Of a DNA stretch of 64,000 nt, positions 1 to 13,900 are shown piece by piece. The first letter of the stretch is position 1; every line of letters begins with the position of its first letter. The DNA is taken from positions 2,076,301-2,140,300 of the forward strand of contig MU057801.1 in assembly GCA_013265495.1 (NCBI GenBank), given 5' to 3'. The notes beneath the pieces were generated by a model. It was not told where the DNA came from. It did no database searches and was given only the letters and a program-made list of their open reading frames with translations. This stretch comes from Vicugna vicugna. Its lineage: Eukaryota. Position numbers and translations under genes: made by a program.

Positions 1-300
1 CCCGGCCCCCCGCCCGCCGCCCCCCGCTGGGCGACCGTCAGGCAGACCTGGCCCGGGCTTCCCGCAGGCCGCCAGGCCGCCTCCCGCACGAGCCGTTTGA
101 GGAGGGAGACGCATTCCTGAGAGGACGCCATCCCGCTTCTGGCCCAGCTCCCTGGCCGCCCGGCCGATGACTCACGCAGGGAGAGAACCAGCAGCCCCTC
201 CGGGGCTGGGCCGACGGGCCGTTACGCCGGGAGCCGGTGCTGGTGCAGAGCTTACAGCGCAGAAGTCCAAGACTCGAAAATCAGCCGAAAGAAAAACAGT
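1..300. promoter_or_regulatory. CpG-rich segment truncated by the window edge; possible CpG-island flank
   Basis: Dense CG dinucleotides and GC-box-like CCCGCCC at the very start; AP-1 motif TGACTCA at 168-174. Confidence 0.4.
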
Positions 301-492
301 TACGCGTATCGTAACGGCATCTTACCTCTACTTCACAGTCGCGTGTTTGCAACACACGAATCCTTCCCAAATTCTCATTATTTGTAAACGAAGACTGTTC
401 CAAGTGTTATTCCAGTTCAAGTGCAGCCAGTTTTGGTTCAATCTACTCTGACACCAAACGCCGGGAAGAGCTGAGCGTTTCCGCCAGCTCAC

Positions 493-617
493 CTGCCTCA
501 CTTCAGACAGCTTTTAGGAGCTTCGTGATCCTTAGAACAGCAGGACGCGTGTCTGCAGCTTCCTCTGATCGCTTGCTAAGGCGGCTTTACTTAAAATTCA
601 CGGACATCCCAGTGGCC
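493..617 (-). other. Candidate non-coding exon (125 nt)
   Basis: Minus strand acceptor ctccctcag|G and donor CAG|GTGAGC; stops in all three frames. Splice-signal pattern only. Confidence 0.2.
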
Positions 618-3600
618 CTGAGGGAGGTCGGACCTACTCTAGGCGGGCAGGCAGACCCGCCAGGAGGGCGGACTCTGCGGCATCTCACCCACTTCTCAGA
701 GAGGTCACTGGGGACATTGTTACTGGTCCCAAATCTCCCCTCTCCTTCAAGGTCACTCCCTGTTTGCTTCTTCATACTCAGCAAGGTGTTGGCTTAAAGC
801 TGTTACCTCGTTTATGAACTCGACAAATGTCACCCAGCACATCCTGCGCTTTGGGCACCAGGTTAGAATGAAACAAAGACACCATCCTCGTGGTCGGGGC
901 AGCAGGCAGGGCCACGTGTGGCACTGGGGCAGTTTGGGATGGGGCGAACAGAGGCGGCCGCAGACTCAGCCTTGGGGAGTTGCAGCCTTCCTGGAGAGAG
1001 CAACACGGAGCTCGGGACCTGAGGGCGGGTGGTCGTCAGCAAGGGAGTGAGGACCGGGAAGGGGCAGGATGGGCACGCGGCTTACCGCGGGAGGGGGCCC
1101 GGTGCAAAGGCTCCAGGAGAGCCGGGCGCGGGCTGGCCCTGCGGCCACCTTGGGGTCTGACCGGGGGCGGGGGGCGTGGCGGCTGGGGGTGGGCGGGGAC
1201 AGTCCCTGGGGGCCACAGCCAGTTTGGAGAGACAGGAACCGCAAGCCCCAGAGAGGAATGAAGCCGGCTTGGCCACCAGCAGTCGGGCGAGGCTTGGGGA
1301 TGACCGAAGCTGGCAGACAGGAGGGTGGAGAAAAGTGGCCGACGGGAGAGACAGCGAATAGAATTGCCAGGGCTTGGGATGGTAGGGGCGGTTCACACCT
1401 CGGGTGCGGGGGACCCTTTGTGGGAAGGGGGTGGTTTCAAGGCCAGAGATGCTGAGCTCGGCCATGGCCATCTGGAGCTGGCTTTGCTTGCGCAGTGACG
1501 CTGCTCAGCGGGTGAGACGGGGCTGTGCTGCCTCGTCCCCCACGGCGTCCGCACCTGCCCCAGCCAGCTGGCATCCCAGCCACAGTTAAATGAATGAGCA
1601 AGCGACGGGGCCTGGGAGATGGTGGGTCCAGGAGAACACAGTCAGCTGACATTTTTCCACGACTTGGAGGCACAGAGAGATGGAGACCTGCAGGCCAGCT
1701 CGGGGGCTGCGGGGGTGGACATCACCACGGGGTTACTGTGCGAAGGCAAGGCACCATGGGTGTGATCTCGGGGACCGACGGGGAAGGGGCCGGCGGAGGA
1801 GGGGCCCAATAAAGAGAGCGAGAGGGGCCGGAGGCGACGGGGGAGAACCAGGACTCAGAGGATGCCCCGGGGCGTCTCTGCGGGACAGTGAGACCGGCAC
1901 TGGGTGTCATGAGACGGAGGCTGTGATGGCCTTTGTGAAACAGGGCAGAGAGGGCTTGTCCTGACATCTGCCCTTTGATCTGTGACCGTGGGCAGCAAGT
2001 AGCCACCTGGCATAGGAACCGAGCGAACACAGTAGCCAAACCCAGCCTCGGGCAGCCGCCGTCTGGGGAGAGGAAGCCGGAGTGTGCCTCCTGCCTCATG
2101 TCCCGCTCAAGGTGATGCGATTGTCCCGGGCTTCCCAGAGGAGCGCAGCGGCTCCCACGTCCCGGAGCCGCGGCAAAGCCAAGCTCAGGGCAGAGGCCAC
2201 AGCGGGGAATGTTTTGTTGTTCATTTTTTGGTAGTTGAATCACACTGGCAAGATTGTCTCCAAGTTGCTCAAATACAGATCAGGAAGCTGGCTGTTTTGC
2301 CAGAGGTTCGCATTCTTCCAGGATGACATCGCGTGGCCTGAGTCACCAGTCAGAGGCTCATCGATAAAGCAAACGCTCGGCTCTGCCAGTTGCACAAACA
2401 CAGCTCCCCTCAAAAGCTACTCAGACGCGGGAAACAAGCTCGGTTCTAACCTGGAGACTCTGGTGCACTTGACGGCCTAGTTAGTAGCTGCCTAGGACGT
2501 GTCTCAGAAACAAAGGGGAGGGGAAAACCGTGTTCTGCCCCGGCATTTATCTTTCAGGCTGAGTGGATTCTGAGAAATGCTGAAAGGCCTTAATTCTCTA
2601 GAAAAGAAGCACGAATGTCAGAGCAAAACCCTGCCGGGGCCGTGGAGCGACACCTCGCGCCTGAACCGGGGCACATGTCAGAGCACACTCCCCTGGGACG
2701 CCCTGCTTCTCTGTTTCTGGGCTGCAGAAGAGAATGTTTTCTTAAGAGCAAACGTGTAAAATGAAACAGGGGTGACTACTGGCTGACCCGGGAAATTGTC
2801 CCCATGAGCGCACGCACTGGGACGTCTAACTCAACCCGAGAGCGACCCCCGCGATCACGCGGCCAGCCAGACGCTGGCTGCGCGGTACAGCTGGGCCACA
2901 TCGCCTCTTTCCTCCCGAGACACAGGGCGGAGTGAAAGGCGAGAAATAAACAAAGGTTGAAACAGAACCTCTCGTTCCGTGGTGCCAGGCAGAAAACCGG
3001 CAGTGCTGGGGGGCGCAGAGCCTCAGGAGGCAGGAAGGCCCCGGGGGTGGGGTTCACGGAATAAACGCCCCTCTTAAGGCCGCTCGATGTTGCACCAGTG
3101 TGGCTCAGACCCTCTCGCCAGGTGAACGGGGCCACAGTCAGCACAGACATTCTTCTCGGAGTTTTCTTTCCCAAATGAGTATTGTTTGGGCTCCTTCACT
3201 TTCGGGGCTTCCCAGGCTCATGATCTCCTGTTGTTCCAACCCCACGGGCGACTCCTTTCCACCCCCTCTGCTGCCCTCCCTGTCTCTCCATCTTCTGAAA
3301 GCGCAGTGTCCCCATCCTTGTGCTTCCAGACAGTCTTGCTGGCCGACCTCATTCAGCCCATTGATTTAAATACCATGTGCACGCCGACCAGCCCCCGGCA
3401 TGTTCCCAGACCCGAGGTGTGGCTGCTAACCTTGATGTCAAAACGTCCTGTTTACTTCATGTCCGAACAGGTGGCGCCGGCCATTCCGTCTGTGCCACTG
3501 ACCCAGCGGATGTCTTCATGTGTCCCTTGGGTGACCAAGCGGATTCTAGCTTCTGATTCTTACCCCCCCCCCCCAGTCTAGCCTCCCCTGTAGCACCCAG

Positions 3601-4599
3601 AGTGAATGGAAATCCGTGTAAAACCTGGCGATGGCTTCCCGTGAACACAAAGGAAACCCCAGGCCCTCTCCCGGGGCTGTGTCCCCTCTGCACCCCCACC
3701 TCACCTCGCGCCACGCGCCCTCTGCGTCTCCTCGGGCCACGCCGAGCACTGGGCGGCGCCCTGCTTGTTTCAGCCTCAGGGTCTTCTCATCATGGTTCCC
3801 TCTGCTTGTCGACAAGGGCTCCCACAGCCTTGCTGTTCTAGCTTCTGCGTCATTCAGAGTCAGCTTACAGATGACCTTCCAGAGACACCTTCTAAAGGGG
3901 TGGCCTCCCCCCGCCCATCGGTCCAGTCTCTGTCCAGCACTGACTTCCCCCTTGTTCGGCTTTGCCTTGATTTGTGTCTCTCCCCGGGCCAGCTTGCGAG
4001 GTGCCTCGTCTGCCTGTTCAGGGCGCAGGACAGCCCTCAGCGCAAGGAGGGAGCCTTGTAGATACGTGTGGAGCCGACGCTGACCCAGAGAAGAGCTCAC
4101 ACACGTCCCTCGAGGACCCTGGTTCCTGGGGCTTAACTCAGATACAGTGTTGAAGGTTTGGCCTTGATTCAGCATGACTCAAAGTTCCAAGAAGTGGAAT
4201 GGAGTCCAAGTTACAACTGAAGGTGTTTTCTTGAATTCAATCAGTGGGTTTCAGATTTGTTTTTCTGGAAACTTCCCAGCAGAGGTCATTCCAAATTTCA
4301 AACTGATTCCTCCTTTTATTTGCTTTTCCATCTCCCCTTTCACCTCGTTGGATCTGAGATCAGGAGGACACCCGTCAGCTCTGAGACTGGCTTTCCCTTC
4401 CTCTCATCACTCATGCAAGTGATGAATACAGATCGTTTTGAGGCAAAATGGTCGCACCTAATGAGCGATTTTCCCCCGAAACACTGTTGTCATCAGTTTG
4501 ACTGAAGTCAGCCTTTGCTCGTGTCTCCAAATCAAAGTTCACGGAACTACAGAGAGAGAGGACAGACCCGCAGTCTCCCGGGCAGGTGGGCTGAAGGCC

Positions 4600-4755
4600 G
4601 ACCACACACGGCATCAGGACTTCGAGGTATGGACACGTTAGCTCTGTCGGGTGGCGTTTATACAGGTGTGTGCGTTTGTCAAAATTCAGCAAACTGTCTA
4701 ACGTGTTCGCAGGTACTGTATGCAACTCACACCTCAGTGGAGACGGTTTTAAAAA
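4600..4755 (+). mobile_element. Ancient L1 (L1MB/MC/ME-like) 3' end fragment
   Basis: ggtggcgtttatacaggtgtgtgcgtttgtcaaaattcagcaaactgt...acctcagtggagacggttttaaaaa matches the recalled L1M 3' terminal motif ggtggttacacgggtgtatacatttgtcaaaactcatcgaactgta...cctcaataaagttg. Confidence 0.75.
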
Positions 4756-7700
4756 TCCATAAGCACTGCTCGAAGGCCCTCGCTCCTCGCGTCTTCCGTC
4801 GGTGGTCCCAGCGTCCCAGAACGAGCACGCTGCAGGGCAGGCGGGGGCTGGGCCGTCGCTCTGCCACAGGCGGCTCGTGACCTTAACGCTCCACAACACA
4901 GCCTAAATCAAAGACAACCTAAGAAGCTGGGTTTTTTTTTTCTCTTTGAGCAGGAAAGAAATATTTCTTAGTCTTAATCCAGAGGTGTAGAAGTCATCTA
5001 ATGTTTTCACTGAACCAATGACCTGCCTTAGTGGGGCCCCCGAAGCAGACCCTCAGTCAAGGGTTTGGGTGCAAGTTCTGAACGTGGGAGGTGGTCCCGG
5101 CGGCCCCCGCTGCGGTGGGGGTGTGGGAGCGTGAGGGAGGGGGAGACGGGAGCCAGAACAGGCGTGTCAGTAATCAGGGGACCGTGCCGGGCACAGGGCT
5201 CCGTCCCGAGGGACACCTGTGGGAGAGGCTGTGGACCTGAGGGGGGAGACGCTGTGACAGGTGTGCACAGACCCCACGGGCTGAAGCCTGCTCCTGGGGC
5301 CGTGACTGCACTGAGCGTCCGCCCGCCCAGCCCGCACACCGGGCACGCCCTGGGGACTAGAAGAAGCCACCAGGGACGAAGCCAAGAAGCTCACACTGAG
5401 CGGCGCTGGGGGGTGCGGGGGGGCAGCGGGCGCTGAGTGGACGTCGTGGAGCAGGACAGTCCCCGCCAGCGTCCTGTCTTGTGCCTGAGAAGCCCACCCA
5501 GAGCGCTCCTGTTCGGCCCTTGTTTGCTGGGGTTCCCCGGACTCTTTTGCTGTCCCTACTGTGACGGTTGATTTGTGGCTCAGTTATTAGCTCTCAACTA
5601 AAGTGCAAGATAAGCCACAGTCAGAGGTGATGCCTTACTGTGTCCACACGTACAAAGCCCTCTTGTGGGCTCGAGAACACCGCTCCCATCCACCGAGCCC
5701 TTGTCGGGAACCAGACACCGAACCAAGCACTCTCTTGGCGCCCGTGTCAGAATCACCCTCGGCCGAGGCGACAGAGGCTTCTCCCACTTTGCAGTTGGAG
5801 AAGCTCAGGTTTGGAGGGTCCGGCACCTGCCCGGGTTCTGGAATTTGCCCAAACTCCCAACCCCAGTCCCCCTGTTCTTTCCACGTTTCCCAGCAGTGCA
5901 GGATTCCTTCCCCAGGGGGCCGTGCCCTCAAGATCAGAGAGTCCGCGATCACACTAAAAGTCTAAGAGGATGCTGGTGGGCAGAGAACGGGACAGAGACA
6001 CAGAGTGCTTGCAGGCTCGAGGCGTGTGGCAGCAGCTGACACAGAACCTGCGAAGTGCTCACCGCTTGCCAACAGAGACAAATCTGTTTCCCAGGAATAT
6101 GACAGAAAAGGAATTAGCCCGCCCAAGGGCCCGCGACAGCAAGGGCTGCTCCTGGCGAACACAATCTCAGACCCTTCATTGAAATGCAGGTTCTCTAGGT
6201 CAGGTCCGAGGAGTGGGGCCCCAGCCCTGACCGCACGTGCACAGCCAGCTCCGTGTCCCGGCCAGCGGTCCCTCGCAGAAGTCCCGCCCTCTGGCCTCCC
6301 TACTGTATCCGACGCTCATCACCAGCTCACGCGTCTCCCCGCCTCCTGCTCTGTGGCCCCCAGCACCAGCCTGCCCTTGGCCCCCGCCTCTCTCCACCGC
6401 GGACGTCTCGAGGACGGATGGCTGATCGTGTACCAATGTGTCTGGGGGACGAGCCTGTCTTTCCTGCTACAACACCTCGCAGGGAGCCCCCTTTTCACTC
6501 CGGAACGCAGGATGTACTGGCCTCCTTCCCCGACCCACATCCCTGACCCTTCCTGTGTCTGCTGGGATCACCCGAGCAAACCGCTGACACTCCGCGTGGA
6601 AGCCAGCCTGAGCCGCTGCCTCAGCATGACACGAGCTGGCGCAGCCGGTCCCGACTCCACACGCAGAGCTGCGGGCTCCCGAGGGCAGAGCTCAGGCGTG
6701 ATGGGTTTGTGCCGTCGCCCTCAGCCTGGAACACCAGGCGGGAGAGCCCCAGGCTCTTGGGCGTGAACGTGTTACCGTTTTCACAGCACTCTGGGTTAAA
6801 ACGTAAGCTCTCCAGGGCGCACGCGCCAGCGCAGGAAGCCTGGCAGGGATCTGGCAGAAAAGTGGTTCTCGGTCACGGTCCACCTGCACCTAAAGTGCAT
6901 CCCAGGGCCCAGTGTGGACAGGCCTCCGTGAAGGGGAGCTGGCCCGGAGCTGTTAAGGGCCCAGGGGGTGACTTCAGGGTGCTGGCCACTCTATGCTGCA
7001 TGTTTTTACATGAGCTGCTGGGGCTCAAAGCCAAATTTGGGCTCACTCCTAGCAGAGTGTTGACTGCACCCCTCGAGTTTTCCCCAGCAGCCTCATTCCC
7101 GCTGCCGCCTCCTTCCCGGCCCCTCCCGCATCCTCTCCACCCCTGCGTGTTCTCACTGACTTGTTTCCCGGGCACAAGGAGGTAGGAGGACCCCGTGGTC
7201 CTGACTGTCAAGAAGACACTCGGTCTCGCGAGGAGGGTGCCTCGGATTCCAGAGCCGCGGTGCTGGGACTCAGGTCTGGGTCGCTGTCCCACAGCCCGGG
7301 ACTGGCTTCCGCCTCAACCGAGGGCCCATGTTCTGCCTACTTGGGAATTCAGTCTCCTCCAAACAGGGACTCAAGCCTGAGAAGACACACGAATAGTATT
7401 CTCTCTCATGCCACCGGCGGAGTCAGCGCTGCCCCAGCCCGGGTGGCCCGCGCCCTCGCGGCCAGCGCTCGCCGGCGGCCTAACGACTTGCAGCTGTGGC
7501 CGCCACCGCCTAGCCTCCGGGAGACCGCAGACCGGCGGAACCGCGCCCCGAGCTCTGCGGTGCTGACTGCCAGGTTTCCAAAGCAGGGAGGCTCAAAGCA
7601 GCTGCCTTGCACGCGAAGAGAGGCACTTAGGGACACTCCAGACAGCGACGGTGGCCTGTCACTCGTGACGGGGGTTAGTCCTCTGACTAACAGGGACGCG

Positions 7701-9084
7701 CTCCCCCGCCTCTGCCGCTTCTCGCCCTCGACACCCATCTCTGAGAGCTTCGCCTGCATGCTCCATGAGCATGTTCCAGCCGTCTCTCGTCCATCCCGGG
7801 AGGCTGCCTTTCTGCTCACCGTGTTTATGACCTGCTTCCTAGCGCTCCTGACGTTTCATCAGCTTTGAGAACCCCTGAACAGTCATCATCATTTTTAAAT
7901 GTCCATTCTTCCTCGCTGGTGCGATGCAGCACATAATCCAAGGCTTTATTGGTTTTCCTATTGATACGTTAAACCTGGAAGTGAGACTGACTCTCTGGTC
8001 CTGAGTTTCAGCCACTGTGGAGCTGGAAGGAGGCGGAGGCAGCCTGCACACACAGGCGCGAGCCTGGACTTGTTCTCGGGGAGACGGCCGCCCTTGGCTT
8101 CTGCGGGTTCAAGGACGGAACCCACTCAGCACCTCAGTAAGTCAAGCCGTCTCCCGTGGGCAGAGAAATGCCACGTGCAGAGCAGAGCGAAGCCGGGGGC
8201 CAGCTGGGAGGTTGGCGTGGGAGCCAGGGCAGTGGCTGGAAGGCAACGGCCACGGGAAGAGGCCGCCTGCAGGTAGGATTTGCTCCGGAGGTCACAGGAC
8301 CCAGACTCCAGGGGACCTGATCTCATTTCATAGCATCAGACACGGGGGGCGGGGGCGAAGCACTATGGTGGGCAGAAGGGGCCGAGAGAAGGAGAGGGTG
8401 GGAAAGGAGGGGGCTGAGGATGAGGGATTCAGGCGAAGCTTTCCTGGGGCTCGTGCTGCAGCTGAGGGGGTGAGAACAAGTGGCAGGCGCCCCTGCTCGC
8501 TCCCCGGGGTGGGGCAGCTGGTCCTTAAGTGGGGGAGGGTGGGGACAGGCCCAGGGCTCAGGCGGGAGGGGTGGTGGCTCAGGTGGTCGGCCCACCCCCT
8601 TGGTGCTGCCGTGCGCAGGGATCGTGCCCAGCACCACACAAGTGGCAGTTGGGTTCTTGGTCTTCCTGCATCTTGTTCACAGTGGGCCCCAGCTGCACAT
8701 GCACGCAGTTATTTTTAGTCCCTTGTAGTTCCTTTGTGTTCTGTTTCTCCAGGGGAGTCTGTCCAGGTGCGGGCCCTGCAGCCAGGGGTCCCGGGTCCCA
8801 GCCTGTCTCACCAGTGACTCTTTCCGTCAGCCTCCCTCCTCCAAGGCCCAGTCCTGCTCTCCCAAGCGTGCTGCCCTGGGCAAGGGAGGGTCCTGACAGC
8901 TGGACTTCCAGCTGAAGTCTTGACCCCACTTTTCCTAGGAAATGGCCGTTAGAAGCTATTGCCTGGGCCTGAGTAACCACGCCGCCCAATCCAATCCCGA
9001 GCTCAGCTGTAGATACGGGACTACAGCTCTGGAAAGCCCTGTGTCCTCCTCCCACCCCAGGTGGGAGATACAGTCAGCCTGACA

Positions 9085-9138
9085 ATCACCCTGCACGAGT
9101 GTTGTCCCCCGCCGATCACCCTGCACAGTGTCGTCCCC
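9085..9138. repeat. Two-copy ~30-bp tandem repeat
   Basis: atcaccctgcacgagtgttgtcccc at 9085 and atcaccctgcacagtgtcgtcccc at 9115. Confidence 0.85.
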
Positions 9139-12100
9139 TAAGGCCCCGGGCCGCCTGAGAAGCTTCCTTTCCCCGCGGAAGGCCTACCTGGGCGCCCGCC
9201 CCGCAGACGCACAGGCGGTGGGTGTGGGCTGCACGTTTTGCTGAACCGCAAACGCAGTGTTTCTGACTCTGACACACTTTGCACGGAGCCTTCTGTGTGG
9301 CTGGAATGTGCCGCGGGCACGCTCGGGGCCGTCCCCTGGGGAATGCTGAGCTCCTTGGCTCAGAGACACCCATGGTTTCTCAGCCTCTAAAAGAGTTTAT
9401 GAGCAGAGCATGGACTCTCCCTCCCCTTCCCTCCCCTCCCCTGCCGCTACTCCCGGCCATCAGAGGAGGAGCCCTTCAGCCCACCCGGGGCCCCTTCCCT
9501 TCCCCACCCCCACCTTGACTCTCAGTCCTTGGCACCTAGCCCAGCCAATTTCCTCGGTCACCCCAGGCAGCAAGCGACAGGAAAACTGGGATCAGACGGA
9601 GCGCCGCACGTCACCTGGTGCTGCTCCGGCCACACAGGCCTGCAGCTCCCGTCTGAGCCCAATCCGGCCCTTTACTCTCCAGCTGCGTCTGTGAAGCAGA
9701 GTCCAGGGGGCCTCAGGTGCTGCAGCTGTGTGGCGTGCCGGGATCCTGCCGGCTGCGGGCAGCGGGGCCGAGCCAGGAGAGCCCACAGAGCAAGGAGAAC
9801 AGTCTGGCCTCGGGGCCACTCCAACTGGGCGGAGCTGGGGTGACCAGTATGGTGGGCAAGAGAACCCCGGGGGCCTTTGGTCAGGAAGGGGCCTTGGGGC
9901 AGGCTGTGCCATCGGCATGGGGACAGGACCCAGGCGCACTCAGGGCAGGGCTGGGTGAAGACAGGGGAGGCCAAGCTCTACTCTCCAGGACATGGAGTTC
10001 AAAAGCTCGTGAGGATTAACAAGCAGGCAGAGTTCGAGCTTAAAGGCCAGAGGCCCAGCAGAAAATGGAGGCGGCCCGGAGAAGCCCAGGAGGCGGGCTG
10101 GGAAAAGCCCACGGGGGATGGGAGGGAGGTGTGGCTCAGGGGACAGCGCAGGGCCCAGGACGGCATGGACTGTGGAAGCTGGGGCCCCTCGGGCCAAGGG
10201 CAGCACGCTGGAGTGGCAGAGTGGGGAGGGCCCCTGAGAGGAGGGCCGGTCCCAGCCACGCTGCCTGGGTTCCTGCGTCTACGGAGCCCAGAGACCTGGG
10301 GCCCGTGGACGGGCCGGTCCATCCTGCCCAGGTCCCTCCCGGCTCCCCACTGTCCTCTCTTCTGCACCCCCAGGGTCTTCCTATAGCCTTCACTGCCCTT
10401 GGCACCTCTTCACCTGTCCGTCCACTCCCCTCCAGCGCCAGGCTCTGGGAGGTCGCTATTTTGGTCCCTGTTCCAGCTTCAGAGCCTGAGACACCGCCTG
10501 ACTTGTGGGGAGGGGATCTCTTGGAAAACACTGGGACAGAGAAAAAAGAATGAGTGGAAAAGATAGAAAACCCAAGACAAACTGAAAAAAGAAAACCCAA
10601 ACGAGATTGCATCTCTGTCTCCTGAGTTGGCGGCATTTGGTAAATAAGTTCTTGGCGCCCCCTCCCCACCACCTGCTACAGATGCACAAAAAGGAGCTCT
10701 ACCCACGGCGATCAGTGTGGTCGTTAACTCCCAGGCGCACTGCACACCTACTGAGCGCCGGACACTGTTTCCTTGATCCACAGCCTGCGGCGTAACTCAG
10801 AGGGGTCCTGCTTAGCAGATGGACCGACTTCCAGCACACCTGACGTGGCGGCTGAGGACAACCTGTGCCCCCCTTCACCCAGGAACCGGGTGCTTCTTGC
10901 TTCCGTGCGGTGCCAGTCACAGGAGAATGTGCTTTGGTCCCACCCTTAAGGCAGATCATTCCCTGTGCTTCACTCTGGCTGTTAGATCAACCATCTCGTC
11001 TCATTTCAAATTGTACACTTGTGAAACTTTCCAGGAGTTTAGCCAAATACTCAAAAAAGAAAAACAAAAAAACAACTGCTGGTTTGATCACTGAAAGCCA
11101 GAAACTGAGGCGCCCTTGAAATCGTATTTCAGAAGACGAGATGGTGAGATTTTTCTGAGAGGCTATCATTTGACAATAAATGAATATTTCATTGGATCTG
11201 CTGGAAATGCTTTCCTTTGAAAGTTAATTCATGGGTTTGGGCTCTCTCTGGTTGCCTTCCATCTCAGAGTCCAGGACTTATGTCAGATTCAGCTTTTCCA
11301 CTCCTGGGGAGGAAAAAAAATCTCTAAATTTTAAAACTAGGTCACGATTTATTTTTCTTAAAGGAAAAAGCCTGACAGATATCTGCATTTTGCTACAAAT
11401 GAGAATGAGTAGGAATGAACCAAATGCTGACAGCCTGAGGGCGTGTTCCGTCCCTGTTAAAGCAGCCAAGGCCCCTCCCCGCCCCAGAACCCGACGTGTG
11501 CGCGCCGGCTTATTTCCGGTCACACAAGTTGACTGGAGACGCTGGGGTGGGCGCCGAGGATCAGTGGGTGAACGCGTCCATGCACGTCTCCTGGGCCCGA
11601 TGGCCGTTCGTGGTGACGAGGGGCGGAGGTAGCAAGGCTCCAGCTCTGAAACTTACTCTCAAGTGGCCCAGGAGTAAAAGACGTTAATTCTGTGCCTGCA
11701 GCTTCTCTGGATATTTAAGACTGCTTTCAAATTTTAAAAAGCGGGTTGAGACCCCCACTACCCACACAATAACCCCCTCCCAGACAAGGCATGTGATTCA
11801 GGCCCCTCACGTCCCCTGGGCGGCGGCCCAGGCTGAACAGCACCTTTTGTATCCGTTCCCTTTTTGCTGCTTCTTAGCACCTGGCTGGTCTCCCTAAACA
11901 ACCCAGGGACTCTTGGCAACGGGAGAGCCGATGCTTGGAAGGCAAAAGCACGCCAGCCGGGCAGTGACGCAGGGTCACTGTGTTCAGACCTCTTGCTTTA
12001 CAGGTGGGGACGCTCAGGCAGACATGAGGCGACAGTCCGCAGCTGGCCCCGGCCGCTGGCGTCCCCTCCTGGGCCAGCAGGCTCACCACCCTGTCTCCCG

Positions 12101-12369
12101 GCGCTCCTCCAGGCCCTGAGCACCCATCTGTGGCGTGGCTTCCTCCCTGCGGCCCCAGGGCTACACTCCCGAGCTGAGTGCAGAGTGGGGGCCAGAGGGG
12201 TTCTCCAGGCTCTGGAGAAACCAGGGGCGTGCTCCGGGCAACAGGGCTGGGAGAGGGAGCCGAAGAGCAAAGAGATGGGACACATTCTGGTTGCTTTTTC
12301 TTACAGTTACTTGTAAGAGGAGTCCGTGCTATGAGAGGCCCAGAGAGAGTGGTTCCTGGAACGGGTGGC

Positions 12370-12425
12370 TTTGTGGTTAAGAGTCTGAACTGTGGATTTC
12401 GGTTTCAACATAAATCCGGGTCTGG
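12370..12425 (+). mobile_element. Possible MIR 5' fragment
   Basis: gtggttaagagtctgaactgtgga...aaatccgggtctg resembles the MIR start; short and diverged. Confidence 0.35.
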
Positions 12426-12949
12426 TGAATAAGGAGCACTCTGCGTCCAGCGGGTGGAGCCCCCAGTGCTCGGGGCAGACTTCGTCCCGCCCTGGAGATC
12501 AGCCAAGGATGCTGCCAAGGCGGGCGGAGGGGGCAGGCCGACCCAGGTGTACCTGCCAACGGCCGGGGCTGCAGCATCATAAGCTCCCCGGAACGTGATG
12601 GAACGAGGGACTGGAGACACGGGGCAAACACACATCGGCTCTGCAGTAACAGGCAGTACCTCCTCAGATGACTGCGCTTGTGAACACAGAGCAGACCAAG
12701 TGCCTCCTGGGAGACGATCCTCCGGGAGGGGCGCGCCCTCAAGGCAAACCTCAAGGCAGCCCTTCGTGAGAAGGCAAGCTCCGGGCTGTCCGCGTCTGGC
12801 TGCAGAACATTCTGGGAATCGCGCTGGTCGCCACAGGGAGGCAGGTGGTGGGGCCCAGGGAGGGGACTTGAGGTTGCCCATCTTTGCTGGGGCCAGGGTG
12901 GGAAAGGACCCCTCCCAGTGCTGCTGGCCCTGGTCAGCTGAAAAGGAGG

Positions 12950-13900
12950 AGAACCCGCCCTGCCCCGGCTGTCACGACCCCGGGGCTTCGGACTGAGCCC
13001 GGCATCCTCGGCCTGCGCAGCACAGCCGGGACGGAGCAGTGTGCTCACCGCAGACACTGACGTCGGCCTCCTTCCCCCGCGCAGGTGGCTGGGGGCAGGC
13101 GGGCGGCAGCCCGGCCAGGGGGTGCGCGAGCTCTCAGTCCTGGAGGAGGCCCGGGAGGCACAGCTCCTCCCGCCACGCTGGACAATGTGGCGGCAGCAAG
13201 CGCACCTGAGAAAACGGAACAGAGGCTGGTTCTCTTGTACGTGGAGGAAACGCTGACAGATTTGCCTGGAGGGGGACCCGGACGCTCCAGAGGATGCATC
13301 CTGCCCACAAGGCCACCAGCCAGCCGATGGGCCGAGCCGAGCACGGGGCGCAGCTCAGGTCCTCGTGGAGCCGCCGACGGGGCGCGAGGAGCAGGCATCC
13401 CACGCGGCGGTCCCCGACCGCGTCGCTGAGGAGGAGGAGGAGGGACGGGACAGCCTCTGGCTGGAGTTAGGCTTCCTGGCTCCCCGCTGGTGCACCAGGG
13501 CTGCCCTGGGCTGGGACCGCCCCGTCGCCGCTGGACGCCACCCGGCCCTGCCAAGAACTGCGGAAACGCGGACCTGGCCCCAAGTGCTCCATCTACATTG
13601 TACTTTGCCATGTGGACTCTTGAAAGCAGGGGGCTAGAAATGCCTCTAATTTGAGAGACACAAAAGCAAAGGGAGCAATTAGGGTGAAACCGGCCCCGGG
13701 TAAGTTTCGTGCCCGGAGGAGGGACGGAAGAGGAGGCCAGGCAGCCTGCGGGCCGCCGGCGGAGGTGGCCTCCCACGAGCCAGGAGAGGGACCCGGGGAA
13801 CGCGAACCGGTCACTAGAGGAAAGCGCTGCCTCGGCTGCCGTTGGCCAGGGTGAAGGGCTGGCCGGGAAGCAGAGGGCGGGGCCTCCGCACGGACCCGCG
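12950..13900. promoter_or_regulatory. CpG-rich island without a recognisable gene
   Basis: Very high GC and CG density over about 1 kb. Confidence 0.4.
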
